This document shows positions 19,603 to 29,832 of a DNA stretch of 64,000 nt, one piece after another. Within the stretch, counting starts at the first letter, position 1. The number at the start of each line of letters is the position of its first letter. The DNA lies in assembly GCA_963677925.2 (NCBI GenBank), contig CAXXYH010000004.1, positions 1,856,001-1,920,000 of the forward strand, in the 5' to 3' direction. This DNA comes from Spirochaetia bacterium. Lineage in GTDB: Bacteria > Spirochaetota > Spirochaetia > UBA9216. The position numbers and the translations under genes were made by a program. A model generated the notes under the pieces. That model was given only the letters and a program-made list of their open reading frames with translations, was not told the DNA's origin and did no database searches.

Positions 19603-21261
19603 TCAGTATTTAAAACCTGAATCGCCGATGAACTCTCTGAGTATTGAGTTCATCGGTACATATTTAGGCTGTATTGTAATAAAGTTATCCAGAAATGAAA
19701 TTAGTCTTACAGCTTCCGCATATTCGCGGTTCATTGGTTTAACTGCCTTGAGAACCGGAATAGCAAGGTTTTTAAGAACCGGCAGTTCATAATCAAGGGC
19801 CGAATTGAAAACCGCATCAGCGTTATTCTGAAAAGGAAAGATATTTTTCTTTTCACCGCGTCTTACCGAACCCCACATCCCAAGAGTTTTAAGAGCATCG
19901 TAACCCCGGAACTGAGAATCCCTGACTATGCGCCTGAGAAGACGGTTGTCGGTAGTGGCAATACGGTTGTTGTCATCAATATTAAGCTGAGTCAGTGCAG
20001 AGATGTAAATTTTGAATTTCTGCCTTGCGGGAATACGCTCGGTAAGCCTGTCATTCAGGCCGTGAATACCTTCAATGAGCAGAATATTTCTGTGCTCCAT
20101 CTGAATTTTGTGGTCTTTGTATTCGCGCTCACCAGTCTTGAAATTAAAGGTCGGAATTTCAGTTTCCTTCCCGGCGAATAATGAGAGCAGATCATCGTTG
20201 AGCAGTTTTATATCGATTGCTTCAAGGGCTTCGAAGTCGTAGTCGCCGTTTTCGTCACGGGGAGTCTGTTCCCTCGGAACGTAGTAATCATCAAGCGATA
20301 TCAAAAGGGGATTGAAGCCGAGCACCTTCAGGTGAATAGCCAGCTTTTTGGTAAATGTTGTTTTTCCGGAGGATGAAGGTCCGGCAATAAGAACAACACG
20401 CAGATCTTCACGCTTTTCATTTATCTGATCTGCAATCTGCGAAAGCTTCTTCTCATGCAGGGCTTCGGCTACCCAGATAAACTGCTGCACATCCTTTGTC
20501 CCTGCAATACTGTTTAACTTACCGGCACTGTCTACGTTTAGTATCTTTCCCCAGGCCTTGTATTCAGTGTAAATATCACGGAGCAGGGGATTGTCCTCAA
20601 ATGTGTCGATGCAGCCCGGAGCCCCTGCGTGCGGGAAGCGAAGTACAAAGCCGGGCTGATTGCTCATTATTTCAAATGTTGTAAGCATTCCGGTCAGAGG
20701 CATTAGCGGTTCAAATGACAGATCCACCCAGTCTCCAATGCGGATTACTGGCAGAACTGCGTCGTTCTTGTATTTAAGAAGCAGGCGTTTTGATTCATTT
20801 CCGCTGAAAAGTTTTTCTGCAACCTGATAGTTCATAAGTTCCGGAATGATGTTCAGGTTCTGCTCAATGAGCCGGTTCATCTCTCTTTCGATATCCAGCA
20901 GCTGTTTTTCTGTAACCTGGGTTTCATTATCAAAGTAGCAGAAATAGCCTGTACTCAGGGAATGTCCAACTATAAGCCTTTTATCAGGATACAGCTGTTC
21001 GCAGACCATTGAGACAAGCGCAGTGAGCGTTTTCCGGTATACTCTCGCTCCGGAGTTTGATTTTATCAGAACAGGGGTAAGTTCAGAGTCTGTGATAAGT
21101 GCAGAGGCCAGGCTTTGAAGCTCGTTGTTTACTAGGACGGCTGTAACAGTTTCATCTCCGCTGCCAAGCATTTCGTGCTCTTTTAAAAGTGTATAAAAGT
21201 CTGTCCCGGCTGCAGCCTTTATTTCGGATTTATCCGGAAGGATAACATTAAGTTCTTTCAT
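19603..21261 (-). CDS. Uridine/nucleoside kinase with N-terminal ThrRS-like (TGS/editing) domains
   Basis: LIAGPSSSGKTT, SLDDYY, IEGIHGLN, TTDNRLLRRIVRD, FNSALDYEL. Confidence 0.9.
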   Translation of the reverse strand: MKELNVILPDKSEIKAAAGTDFYTLLKEHEMLGSGDETVTAVLVNNELQSLASALITDSELTPVLIKSNSGARVYRKTLTALVSMVCEQLYPDKRLIVGHSLSTGYFCYFDNETQVTEKQLLDIEREMNRLIEQNLNIIPELMNYQVAEKLFSGNESKRLLLKYKNDAVLPVIRIGDWVDLSFEPLMPLTGMLTTFEIMSNQPGFVLRFPHAGAPGCIDTFEDNPLLRDIYTEYKAWGKILNVDSAGKLNSIAGTKDVQQFIWVAEALHEKKLSQIADQINEKREDLRVVLIAGPSSSGKTTFTKKLAIHLKVLGFNPLLISLDDYYVPREQTPRDENGDYDFEALEAIDIKLLNDDLLSLFAGKETEIPTFNFKTGEREYKDHKIQMEHRNILLIEGIHGLNDRLTERIPARQKFKIYISALTQLNIDDNNRIATTDNRLLRRIVRDSQFRGYDALKTLGMWGSVRRGEKKNIFPFQNNADAVFNSALDYELPVLKNLAIPVLKAVKPMNREYAEAVRLISFLDNFITIQPKYVPMNSILREFIGDSGFKY

Positions 21262-21305
21262 AATGTTAATTATTGGACAAATTCAGCTGAAACTCAAATG
21301 ATATT

Positions 21306-21509
21306 TTATTCTGTGTATTTTTCCCTTATTACACGGTACCATTTTCCCGGTCCGGTATATCGGTATTTTGCTGATACCATTTTTTCAAGGTCTTCCGGTT
21401 TATCAAGCAGCCCCGGAGAAAGCACTTTTAGAATTGTACTGCCTGCGTTGGCTTCCGGATTTCTGTGTATGTCTAAAAGATCTGCATAATCCAAATTAGT
21501 GTATTTCAT
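21306..21509 (-). CDS. Small hypothetical protein (67 aa)
   Basis: GAGG SD overlapping the upstream stop; co-oriented within the operon. Confidence 0.6.
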   Translation of the reverse strand: MKYTNLDYADLLDIHRNPEANAGSTILKVLSPGLLDKPEDLEKMVSAKYRYTGPGKWYRVIREKYTE

Positions 21510-21517
21510 TGCTAACC

Positions 21518-22510
21518 TCAGAATAATTCCAGCTGAACCGGAGCCCTTGTCTGAACAAGACTTTCTGCTTCCGGTTTACTGATGCTGTAGTCATATAGAT
21601 CATCTGTATTAAAGGCTTCCCGTATTTGGACAAGCAGTTCGACGGCGGAACCTGATTCAGTTACTGTGCTTATGCTGAAATTGATTCTGATTTCAGATTC
21701 GAGCAGTCTGACCAGCTCGTTAATTTCACTGATAACAGAATCATCAGTGCTGCAGTGATTGGCAAGAGAACAGAGCACATCAAGGAATGCCTGTGTCTCT
21801 TCAGAGGTTATATTCCGCTCTGAGAGCCGGTTAACAAGCGAGCGCATGAAACAGATCAGTGATGAACCCGGATCTTCTTCAAGCAGCCCGAGGGCAATCA
21901 GCCTGAGCCCTTCCGCCTGGCCGAATATCATCAGAATATTGTCGGCAAGCGGTTCCTCATCTATTTCCCGTGCAAGACATTCACGAAAGCTCCACAGAGC
22001 CAGCTTTCTTGATGCTTCAAAGTTCTGTGATTTAAGCTCTTTTATTATCAGGGAGGCGGTTTCTGCGAATACTTCTGCATTCTGCTGAAGAGCTTCCCTG
22101 AGTTTTAATGAAACATTTGAAATGTAGCTGCTTTCACGGGTAATTTTTTTAAGCAGAGATTCCTCACGGTAGCATGGTTCATGTTCAAAAGCCTTAAGCC
22201 CCGACATATGAAACAGAAGCGGTTTAAGCTGTGCGGGAGGAGCCTTATCATCGACCATGCTCAGGTAGGATTCCATTTCGGGATAATCCCGATCATAGAA
22301 AGACTGGATAGCGTGAATTATATATTTCCATGGCATCAGATCATCACGTGCAACATCTGAATCAAGAGCCTGAAGGGCTTCCGGATTATGCATTCCGTTA
22401 GTTACCGCTTCAAACGCATCTCTGATTATCAAAATCTCAGGATCTGTCAGTTCAGAAGTTGCAGGAGCGATTATTTCTGCCATAACATCATTTATAGTGG
22501 TGTTCAACAA
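21518..22510 (-). CDS. Hypothetical alpha-helical protein with C-terminal QLELF
   Basis: 330-aa ORF, start uncertain; last residues APVQLELF. Confidence 0.8.
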   Translation of the reverse strand: MLNTTINDVMAEIIAPATSELTDPEILIIRDAFEAVTNGMHNPEALQALDSDVARDDLMPWKYIIHAIQSFYDRDYPEMESYLSMVDDKAPPAQLKPLLFHMSGLKAFEHEPCYREESLLKKITRESSYISNVSLKLREALQQNAEVFAETASLIIKELKSQNFEASRKLALWSFRECLAREIDEEPLADNILMIFGQAEGLRLIALGLLEEDPGSSLICFMRSLVNRLSERNITSEETQAFLDVLCSLANHCSTDDSVISEINELVRLLESEIRINFSISTVTESGSAVELLVQIREAFNTDDLYDYSISKPEAESLVQTRAPVQLELF

Positions 22511-22611
22511 CAGAGACCTCGTAATTGGTTGATTATCGTTTTACCGTTAATTCGGAGATACAGGCTAATTAAAATCAGGCTTATCGTCAATATAGATTTG
22601 AAAACTGCCTG

Positions 22612-23766
22612 TTATTTTTTTTCAATATCAAGTCTGAGAGATTCAACTTCGTCCTTTGTCAGAGCTCTCTTTATCTGTACCTCATCGGCCGCACTGGTGT
22701 GAAGTATGGGCATTTCGGCATACAGCCTGTTGTTGGCGTCAAAGAGCATCTTAAGTACCGGAAATTTGGGTTCCTCTGAATTGGTCTGGTAAACTATACC
22801 GATTGAACCGTCGCTCATGCGTACATAGGTTCCTATAGGGTAGACCGTAAGAGTCAGCAGCAGCACCCTGAGTATTTTTTCATCATACTTGGTTCCGCGG
22901 TCTTTAAGCAGATCAATGATTCCGGAATGCCCGTCCATGTTTTCTCTGAAGGGTCTTTTGGAAACTGCAGCACAGTAGGAACTGGCGACAGCCAGGATTT
23001 TACCATAGAGGCTTATTTTATCGCCTGTCAGGCCACGCGGATAGCCGGAGCCGTCAATATTTTCACGATGCTCAAGAACAGCAAGGATGATTGGCAGGGG
23101 AAATTCTGCAGCTTTGAGTGTCCGGTATCCTAAAACCGGAAACAGTGATATGTTTTTCCTTTCTTCGGGGGTTAGTGCCCGGTCTGCAAAGAAGAGTTCC
23201 CGTGGTATCTGCATTACACCTATTCGGTGCATAAGTGCGGCTACGCCAAGATCCATCTGCTTGTGCGCCGGAAACCTGAGGGTTTCAGACATCGCAATTG
23301 CAAGGATGGCTGTTTTTACACTCTGGGAAACACTGTAATCTCCCTCGGTATCGCCGAAATCTGCAAGATTAAGAAGAAATTCTTTGTGGGTTTTCATCAT
23401 TCCTATAAGCTTTTTAACCTTATCAGTTACCGGGACAAGTTTAGGCTCTTTCCGATCTTCAACACTGAACATTGACAGCATGAACTGTGTCAGTTCCCTG
23501 TAGAATATAACAGCCTCATTTTCCTCTTCAGATTCTGCAGCTGCCTTTTTAAGAAGGAGACCTTCTGTTTCTTCATTTATTGAAAGCTCTGTAAACTCGG
23601 GTTCAACGTCTGCGTAAACTGCGGCAAAGCCCCATTCTTCAAGTCTTCTTTTCAGCGAGGGAATGAGAGGAGTTTCGGGACTGAGAAGTATATAATTCTT
23701 GTCCAGAAAGATTGGTTCCGAAGTAAATGCCCTTTCAGGCAGGTTGCCGATTGATATCTCATTCAT
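22612..23766 (-). CDS. HD-GYP domain protein with degenerate metal ligands
   Basis: DGSGYPRGL and RPFR present; MHRIG, HRE and ASSYCA replace the canonical ligand motifs. Confidence 0.88.
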   Translation of the reverse strand: MNEISIGNLPERAFTSEPIFLDKNYILLSPETPLIPSLKRRLEEWGFAAVYADVEPEFTELSINEETEGLLLKKAAAESEEENEAVIFYRELTQFMLSMFSVEDRKEPKLVPVTDKVKKLIGMMKTHKEFLLNLADFGDTEGDYSVSQSVKTAILAIAMSETLRFPAHKQMDLGVAALMHRIGVMQIPRELFFADRALTPEERKNISLFPVLGYRTLKAAEFPLPIILAVLEHRENIDGSGYPRGLTGDKISLYGKILAVASSYCAAVSKRPFRENMDGHSGIIDLLKDRGTKYDEKILRVLLLTLTVYPIGTYVRMSDGSIGIVYQTNSEEPKFPVLKMLFDANNRLYAEMPILHTSAADEVQIKRALTKDEVESLRLDIEKK

Positions 23767-23885
23767 TGTTATTCCTCGTTGACCCCATTATAATATTAAA
23801 GTAATATCTTTACTGATAATATTATAGTAAATTTTTTACAAAAGAGCAGAAAGTACCCCTTCTTTTTATTATAGGAGTTTTTAAG

Positions 23886-24689
23886 GTGAAATTTAAGATA
23901 ATTTTTATTTCGTTTAATATTCTGATTGTTTTTTCATTTCTGCTCATATTTCTGCTGCCGGGAATAATGCTTGGAAGCGATTTCGGAAGTGTTTTCTGGA
24001 AGGACAGCTGGTACCTGGCTGTGATCTTTTTTGTCCTGCTTGCAGCCATAAACATAATTTATTTTATGAATCGGAAGCTTCTTGATTACCTCGAAACCGA
24101 GAACTGGACCTCCCTTAAAAGCTATCTGGAAGACAAGCTGCTTGTCAAAAAGCGTTTTTTGGGGCTGTACATCAAACTATACGTCAGTACCTGTATTGCA
24201 ACGTCATCTCTTGAAGATCTTAAAAAACTTGAACAGCCTCTTTTAAATGCTGGAAAAGACGGCAAATGGGCTGTTCAGCTTGGCATTCCCTATCTGCTGG
24301 GACAGGATGCCGCTGCAATGAAGAAATTCTACAGCAGATACACTGATGTTAAAGGTAAAAACAGCGGCTGGCTTAAGTGGGATCTTGGTTTTGCACTTCT
24401 GCAGCTTGGTGAGCGGACAGAGGCTCTTGAAATCATTTCGGGTCTTTTTTCATCAGCGGATCCTGTCCTCAGGCTTGTATCGATGTATCTTGCATCTAGC
24501 TTTGAAGATGAACTTGATTCTGTGCAGTTTGCAGCGGAAAAAGATAAACTCGGCAGCGCGATGAGTGCTGAGGATTTTGCTAAGCATATTGAAAGGGAAA
24601 AAGAAAATATTCAGATTCTCTTTCTGCGCAGCATAATAAATGATGCCTTAAAATGGATGTATAAAGAAGAAAATGAGAAAGTTCAGTAA
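23886..24689 (+). CDS. Hypothetical membrane protein (2 N-terminal TMs, helical C-terminus)
   Basis: AGGAG SD, GTG start, two hydrophobic helices. Confidence 0.8.
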   Translation: MKFKIIFISFNILIVFSFLLIFLLPGIMLGSDFGSVFWKDSWYLAVIFFVLLAAINIIYFMNRKLLDYLETENWTSLKSYLEDKLLVKKRFLGLYIKLYVSTCIATSSLEDLKKLEQPLLNAGKDGKWAVQLGIPYLLGQDAAAMKKFYSRYTDVKGKNSGWLKWDLGFALLQLGERTEALEIISGLFSSADPVLRLVSMYLASSFEDELDSVQFAAEKDKLGSAMSAEDFAKHIEREKENIQILFLRSIINDALKWMYKEENEKVQ

Positions 24690-25893
24690 ATCAAACAAGC
24701 TTGACAACGTATGTTATGACATCAGAGGGCCCATTATGGCTGAGGCAGAAAGGCTTCAGTCCGAAGGTGCCAACATTCTCAAACTGAATATCGGAAATAC
24801 TGCCCCCTTCGGACTGTTTACCCCGGACGAAGTTGTTCGCGACATGATAATGAATCTTCGTGACGCAGAGGGTTACTCTGATTCAAAGGGTATTTTCGCT
24901 GCACGGAAGGCGGTAATGCACAACTGTCAGCAGAAGCGGATTCAGGGTGTAGATGTAGACGACATCTACCTTGGAAACGGCGTGTCCGAGCTCATCTCAA
25001 TGACGATGAACGGTCTTTTAAATAATGGGGATGAAGTCCTTGTTCCAATGCCTGATTACCCGCTCTGGACCGCATCGGTCACTCTGTCGGGAGGTAAAGC
25101 CGTTCACTACCTCTGTGATGAAGAATCGGACTGGTATCCGGATATTGCCGATATGGAATCGAAGATCACCGACCGTACAGTGGCAATGGTTATAATCAGT
25201 CCGAACAATCCAACCGGAGCGGTCTATCCGCCGGAGATTCTTGAGCAGATGATAGAACTTGCCAGAAAACATGAGCTTATCATTTTTTCTGATGAGATCT
25301 ACGACAAAATCATCTATGATCAGGATTTTTACATATCTCCGGCCTCACTGGCTGATGATGTATTCTTTATTACCTTCGGCGGGCTGTCTAAGGTCTATCG
25401 TGCTCCGGGATTCAGGGCAGGGTGGATGATCTTAAGCGGAAACAAGCGGATTGCGGCTGACTATATTGAAGGGCTTAACATCCTCTCAAATATGAGGTTA
25501 TGCGCGAATGTGCCGGCCCAGTTTGCAGTTCAGACAAGCCTTGGCGGATATCAGAGTATAACCGAACTTATTGTTCCGGGCGGCCGGCTTTATGAGCAGC
25601 GCAACGCAGCCTGGAAGCTATTTAATGAAATCCCGGGGATCAGTTGTGTGAAACCCAAAGGGGCGCTATACTGCTTCCCCAGAATTGATACTGAGAAATT
25701 TAATATTACTGATGATATGCAGTTTGTTCTTGATTTTCTGAGAAGCAAACACATTCTTCTTGTTCAGGGAACCGGGTTTAACTGGAAAAAACCGGATCAT
25801 TTCAGGCTGGTTTTTCTTCCGGTCGTGGAGGAACTTGAAAGGGCTGCTGCAGAGATGACAGATTTTCTTTCGGGATATCGTCAGGAAAAGTAA
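24673..25893 (+). CDS. alaA: PLP-dependent class I/II aminotransferase, AlaA/YfbQ type
   Basis: SNKLDNVCYDIRGP, LKLNIGN, GYSDSKG, NPNNPTG-like SPNNPTG, SDEIYDK, GLSKVYRAPGFRAGW. Confidence 0.92.
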   Translation: MRKFSKSNKLDNVCYDIRGPIMAEAERLQSEGANILKLNIGNTAPFGLFTPDEVVRDMIMNLRDAEGYSDSKGIFAARKAVMHNCQQKRIQGVDVDDIYLGNGVSELISMTMNGLLNNGDEVLVPMPDYPLWTASVTLSGGKAVHYLCDEESDWYPDIADMESKITDRTVAMVIISPNNPTGAVYPPEILEQMIELARKHELIIFSDEIYDKIIYDQDFYISPASLADDVFFITFGGLSKVYRAPGFRAGWMILSGNKRIAADYIEGLNILSNMRLCANVPAQFAVQTSLGGYQSITELIVPGGRLYEQRNAAWKLFNEIPGISCVKPKGALYCFPRIDTEKFNITDDMQFVLDFLRSKHILLVQGTGFNWKKPDHFRLVFLPVVEELERAAAEMTDFLSGYRQEK

Positions 25894-25926
25894 AATACGG
25901 ATAATAGAAACCAAGGCAGGATTTTT

Positions 25927-27390
25927 ATGAGTGTAAGAGTCAGATACGCACCTTCACCGACCGGGCTTCAGCATATCGGCGGTGTTAGAACAGCACTTTT
26001 TAACTATTTTTTCGCCCGCAGCGAGGGCGGTAAATTCATACTCAGAATTGAGGATACCGATCAGGTCCGCTACAGCGACGAATCGCTTCAGGACCTGTAT
26101 GATACTTTCAAGTGGCTCGGAATTGAGTGGGACGAAGGCCCGGACAAAGGCGGAGATTGCGGACCCTATGTGCAGAGTGAGCGCTTTGAAATGTACAAGG
26201 AATATGCCGAGAAACTTGTTGAAGAGGGTAAGGCCTACTACTGCTACTGCACACCTGCAAGACTTGATAAGCTTCGCGAAGAGCAGCAGAAGGATAAAAA
26301 ATCCCAGCAGGGCTATGACAGACACTGCCGCGACCTCACCGCCGAGCAGCGAGCGGAGTATGAGAATCAGGGGATAAAACCTGTAATACGTTTTAAAATA
26401 CCTCTGGATGGAATGGTTGTATTCCATGATGAGCTTCTGGGAGATGTTAAGCGTAAAACCCGTGATATCAATCCCGATCCGGTACTGTTGAAGTCGGACG
26501 GTTTTCCTACATATCATCTGGCAAATATCATTGATGATCATCACATGAATATTACTCACATCCTGCGTGCTCAGGAGTGGCTTCCCTCAGGACCGCTTCA
26601 CATACTTTTATACAAGGCGTTTGAATGGGAGCCGCCGCTTTACTGCCATCTTCCGATGGTTATGGGAAAGGATGGACAGAAACTGTCGAAGCGTCATGGT
26701 TCAACAAGTCTTCGTGATTTTATTGCGCAGGGTTACCTGCCGGAGGCAATCATCAACTATGTATCGCTTATTGGCTGGTCCTATGACGACTCACGTGAGT
26801 TCTTCACAAAAGAAGAGCTTGAAGAGCTTTTTACAATTACCAAGCTGAACAAGGCTCCCGGAGTTTTTGACTACAAGAAGCTCGACTGGTTTAACGGTCA
26901 GTATATAAGAAAACTGAGCGATGACGAGCTTAAAGCAAAGATTATCCCGTACCTCGCTGAAGCGGGATGCCTGGAGAATCCGCCTGCACCCGGGCAGAGT
27001 GAGCTGATTAATGGACTTATTCCGATTGTTAAGGAGAGGCTGAAGCTTCTTTCCGACATTGTTCCGATGACTGCCTTCCTTTTTCAGGACATTTCAGGCT
27101 ACGAAGCTGAGGAGCTTATCCCTAAAAAGCAGGATGCCGCATCTACAAAAGAGATTCTACAGCTTGGTCGACCTTTGATAGAGAAGGTTGGCGAACTTGA
27201 TGATGAGCAGCTTGAAGAAGCTTTCAAGGTCCTTTCCGAGGAAAGCGGCTACAAACTCGGGGATCTGCTTGCGCCTCTCCGTGTTGCTGTTACGGGAAGC
27301 AGGGTATCTCCGCCGCTTTTTGCATCTATCAGACTTCTCGGCCTTGATAAGGCTGTACGCAGGATTGATCTGGCGATAAATAAACTCTAA
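25927..27390 (+). CDS. gltX: Glutamate--tRNA ligase
   Basis: RYAPSPTGLQHIGG, LRIEDTD, KLSKRHG. Confidence 0.98.
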   Translation: MSVRVRYAPSPTGLQHIGGVRTALFNYFFARSEGGKFILRIEDTDQVRYSDESLQDLYDTFKWLGIEWDEGPDKGGDCGPYVQSERFEMYKEYAEKLVEEGKAYYCYCTPARLDKLREEQQKDKKSQQGYDRHCRDLTAEQRAEYENQGIKPVIRFKIPLDGMVVFHDELLGDVKRKTRDINPDPVLLKSDGFPTYHLANIIDDHHMNITHILRAQEWLPSGPLHILLYKAFEWEPPLYCHLPMVMGKDGQKLSKRHGSTSLRDFIAQGYLPEAIINYVSLIGWSYDDSREFFTKEELEELFTITKLNKAPGVFDYKKLDWFNGQYIRKLSDDELKAKIIPYLAEAGCLENPPAPGQSELINGLIPIVKERLKLLSDIVPMTAFLFQDISGYEAEELIPKKQDAASTKEILQLGRPLIEKVGELDDEQLEEAFKVLSEESGYKLGDLLAPLRVAVTGSRVSPPLFASIRLLGLDKAVRRIDLAINKL

Positions 27391-27417
27391 ACCATAGAGA
27401 AAAATCAACTCAAATTC

Positions 27418-27454
27418 AGCTGAATGCATTATTACTTTTGCATTCAGCTTTTTT
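27418..27454 (+). terminator. Intrinsic terminator after gltX
   Basis: AGCTGAATGCA..TGCATTCAGCT plus T run. Confidence 0.85.
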
Positions 27455-27656
27455 ATTGCTCATACATTTATTAATTTGAGATTTTTAAAATTTAATCAGG
27501 ATAGATAAAGCAGAGAGAATCATCAATGATTAAATAAAGTAGATTATCTGGCGGGCAGACTGTAAGCATATAATATTAAACAACAGACTATAATGGACTA
27601 TAAGGGACTTGACAGCAAAGGGGCTCTCTTATTAAGCTATATCGTAGGAGAATCTA

Positions 27657-28142
27657 ATGGATCTTAATAATATACTCGACAGGGAATGTTCCTGTGTACT
27701 TAAAGAGAAGACAAAGACTGAGGCAATAATTGAACTTGCCGACAGACTTGGTGAATATAAGCGCAAAATAGATACCGAACTGCTCAAGAAGGAGCTTTTC
27801 TACCGTGAACAGCTGATGAGTACTGGTATAGGGCTAGGCATAGCAATACCTCATGTCCGGTTTGCGGGTATAAGCAAGCCTGTTATCCTTGTCGGCGTTC
27901 AGCCTGCAGGTATTTCCGATTACGAATCAATGGATGGCGAAGCTGTGAAGATAGTCGTGATGATAATAGTTGGAAAGGATCAGCACAAGGAACATATCAG
28001 GCTGCTTTCAATGATTGTAGGTCGACTCAAGGCCCCGGGCGTGAAGGATGCTCTTCTGAAAGCTGCTGACGGTGATGAAATATGCAGTCTGCTCTTAACA
28101 ACAGGTAATGGCGGTTCAGCCGGGGAAAACGCGGATGGCTGA
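27657..28142 (+). CDS. PTS EIIA (fructose/Ntr type) protein
   Basis: REQLMSTGIGLGIAIPH (phospho-His), DGEAVKIVVMI. Confidence 0.92.
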   Translation: MDLNNILDRECSCVLKEKTKTEAIIELADRLGEYKRKIDTELLKKELFYREQLMSTGIGLGIAIPHVRFAGISKPVILVGVQPAGISDYESMDGEAVKIVVMIIVGKDQHKEHIRLLSMIVGRLKAPGVKDALLKAADGDEICSLLLTTGNGGSAGENADG

Positions 28143-29832
28143 TTTCTTTTCCGGCATTTTTAATACAGTATCAACCACACATGTGAATATGGTCCTGTTT
28201 CTGGGGATCGTCCTCTTTGGAGGAGCTCTGGGAGGCAGACTGTTTCAGAAAATAAAGATTCCCCAGGTTGTCGGCTACATAGTTATCGGAGTTATTCTAG
28301 GGCAGTCGGGGCTTAAGTTTATCGGACCTGACATGGTTACAAAGATGGCTCCGGTAAGTACTGTTGCGCTTTCGCTGATTGGTTTTTCAATCGGCGGTGA
28401 ATTGAAGATTTCGGTACTGAAGCAGCGGGGCAAGCAGTTTGCATATATTCTTGTTTTTGAGGCTATTACAGCTTTTATTGTTGTAGGCCTGCTTGTATAT
28501 GCTGCTGTTCTGATTATAACGAAGGATCAGGGAACAGCCATTTCGCTGGGCCTGCTTCTGGGGGCAATTTCTTCAGCCACGGCTCCGGCGGCTACCACTG
28601 ATGTATTATGGGAAAACCGGACCAAGGGTCCTCTCACAACCACAGTTTTAGGCATTGTAGCCATGGATGATGCTGTTGCGCTGCTTCTTTTTGCCTTCGC
28701 CACAAGTATTGCGGCCGGATTTCTTGATGTTGCAGCGGGGGCTGATATTTCGGTGGCCTCACAGCTGCTCTCAATAGTAATTGAAATTGTTATGTCCATC
28801 GGTGTAGGTGCAGCGGTAGGATATCTGCTTAGCAAGCTTATCCGGGGCTTTATAAACGAGGAGCGTATTCTTGCTTTCTCTCTCGGTGCAATAATGCTCT
28901 TAAGCGGCCTTTGTGTTGCCCTTGATATTGATATGATTCTTGCGGCAATGTCGATGGGCTTTTTTATGACCAACTTTGCCCCCCGCAAGAGCCGTGAGAC
29001 CTTTGCCCTTGTGCAGAAGTTCTCTCCTCCCATATATGTACTTTTCTTTGTTCTTGTAGGCGCAAAGCTTAATATCTGGTCAATTACACCTGTAGTTGCT
29101 GTTCTTGCCGGTGTTTTTCTTATAGGAAGAACGGGCGGTAAGTTCATAGGTGCAAAGACCGGTGCTTTTATCAGCAAGGCTCCGAAAACTGTTTATAAGT
29201 ACCTTCCATTCTGTCTGCTGAGCCAGGCCGGTGTTGCAATCGGTCTTTCAATTGTGGCCGGAGACAGCTTTACCGGCCCAATCGGTGATCTGATTGTGAC
29301 AGTAGTTACGGCGACTACATTTGTTGTTCAGCTGCTCGGACCTATCAGTGTTAAGTTTGCAGTTGATAAGGCAGGAGAAACCGGGCTGAACATTACAGAA
29401 GAAGACCTAATCAAGCAGAGCAGCGCGAAGGACCTGATGTTTCATAACCTTCCTACAATACCTGAGGGAGCTCCGGTAAGCCGGATTCTTCATATCTTCA
29501 GTGAGAATGAAGCACTCTGCTTTCCTGTAACCCAGAACGACGGCAGTCTTGCCGGAGTTATCAGCATTGACGATCTGAAAAACACCTTTATGGCAGCGGA
29601 GCTTTCAGACTTTCTGCTTGCCCATGATATTATGAAACCTTCGGTCATCACCTGCAGCGAAGATACTCCTGCCGATGAGGTCAAGTTGCTTTTCCGTAAA
29701 TACAGCGTTGACTACATCCCTGTTCTGTCAAAGGACGGTTCGCTGAAGGGAATAATCGAAGAGAGGGGCATACAGCTTCTATTTTCAAAGAAACTGGCTG
29801 AACTCAACAAGAAAGCGGAAGACCTCGGCTGA
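28135..29832 (+). CDS. Cation:proton antiporter with C-terminal CBS pair
   Basis: ~12 TMs, SATAPAAT, VAMDD, SQAGVAIGL; CBS motifs FPV..LAGVISIDDL and IPV..LKGII. Confidence 0.92.
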   Translation: MADFFSGIFNTVSTTHVNMVLFLGIVLFGGALGGRLFQKIKIPQVVGYIVIGVILGQSGLKFIGPDMVTKMAPVSTVALSLIGFSIGGELKISVLKQRGKQFAYILVFEAITAFIVVGLLVYAAVLIITKDQGTAISLGLLLGAISSATAPAATTDVLWENRTKGPLTTTVLGIVAMDDAVALLLFAFATSIAAGFLDVAAGADISVASQLLSIVIEIVMSIGVGAAVGYLLSKLIRGFINEERILAFSLGAIMLLSGLCVALDIDMILAAMSMGFFMTNFAPRKSRETFALVQKFSPPIYVLFFVLVGAKLNIWSITPVVAVLAGVFLIGRTGGKFIGAKTGAFISKAPKTVYKYLPFCLLSQAGVAIGLSIVAGDSFTGPIGDLIVTVVTATTFVVQLLGPISVKFAVDKAGETGLNITEEDLIKQSSAKDLMFHNLPTIPEGAPVSRILHIFSENEALCFPVTQNDGSLAGVISIDDLKNTFMAAELSDFLLAHDIMKPSVITCSEDTPADEVKLLFRKYSVDYIPVLSKDGSLKGIIEERGIQLLFSKKLAELNKKAEDLG

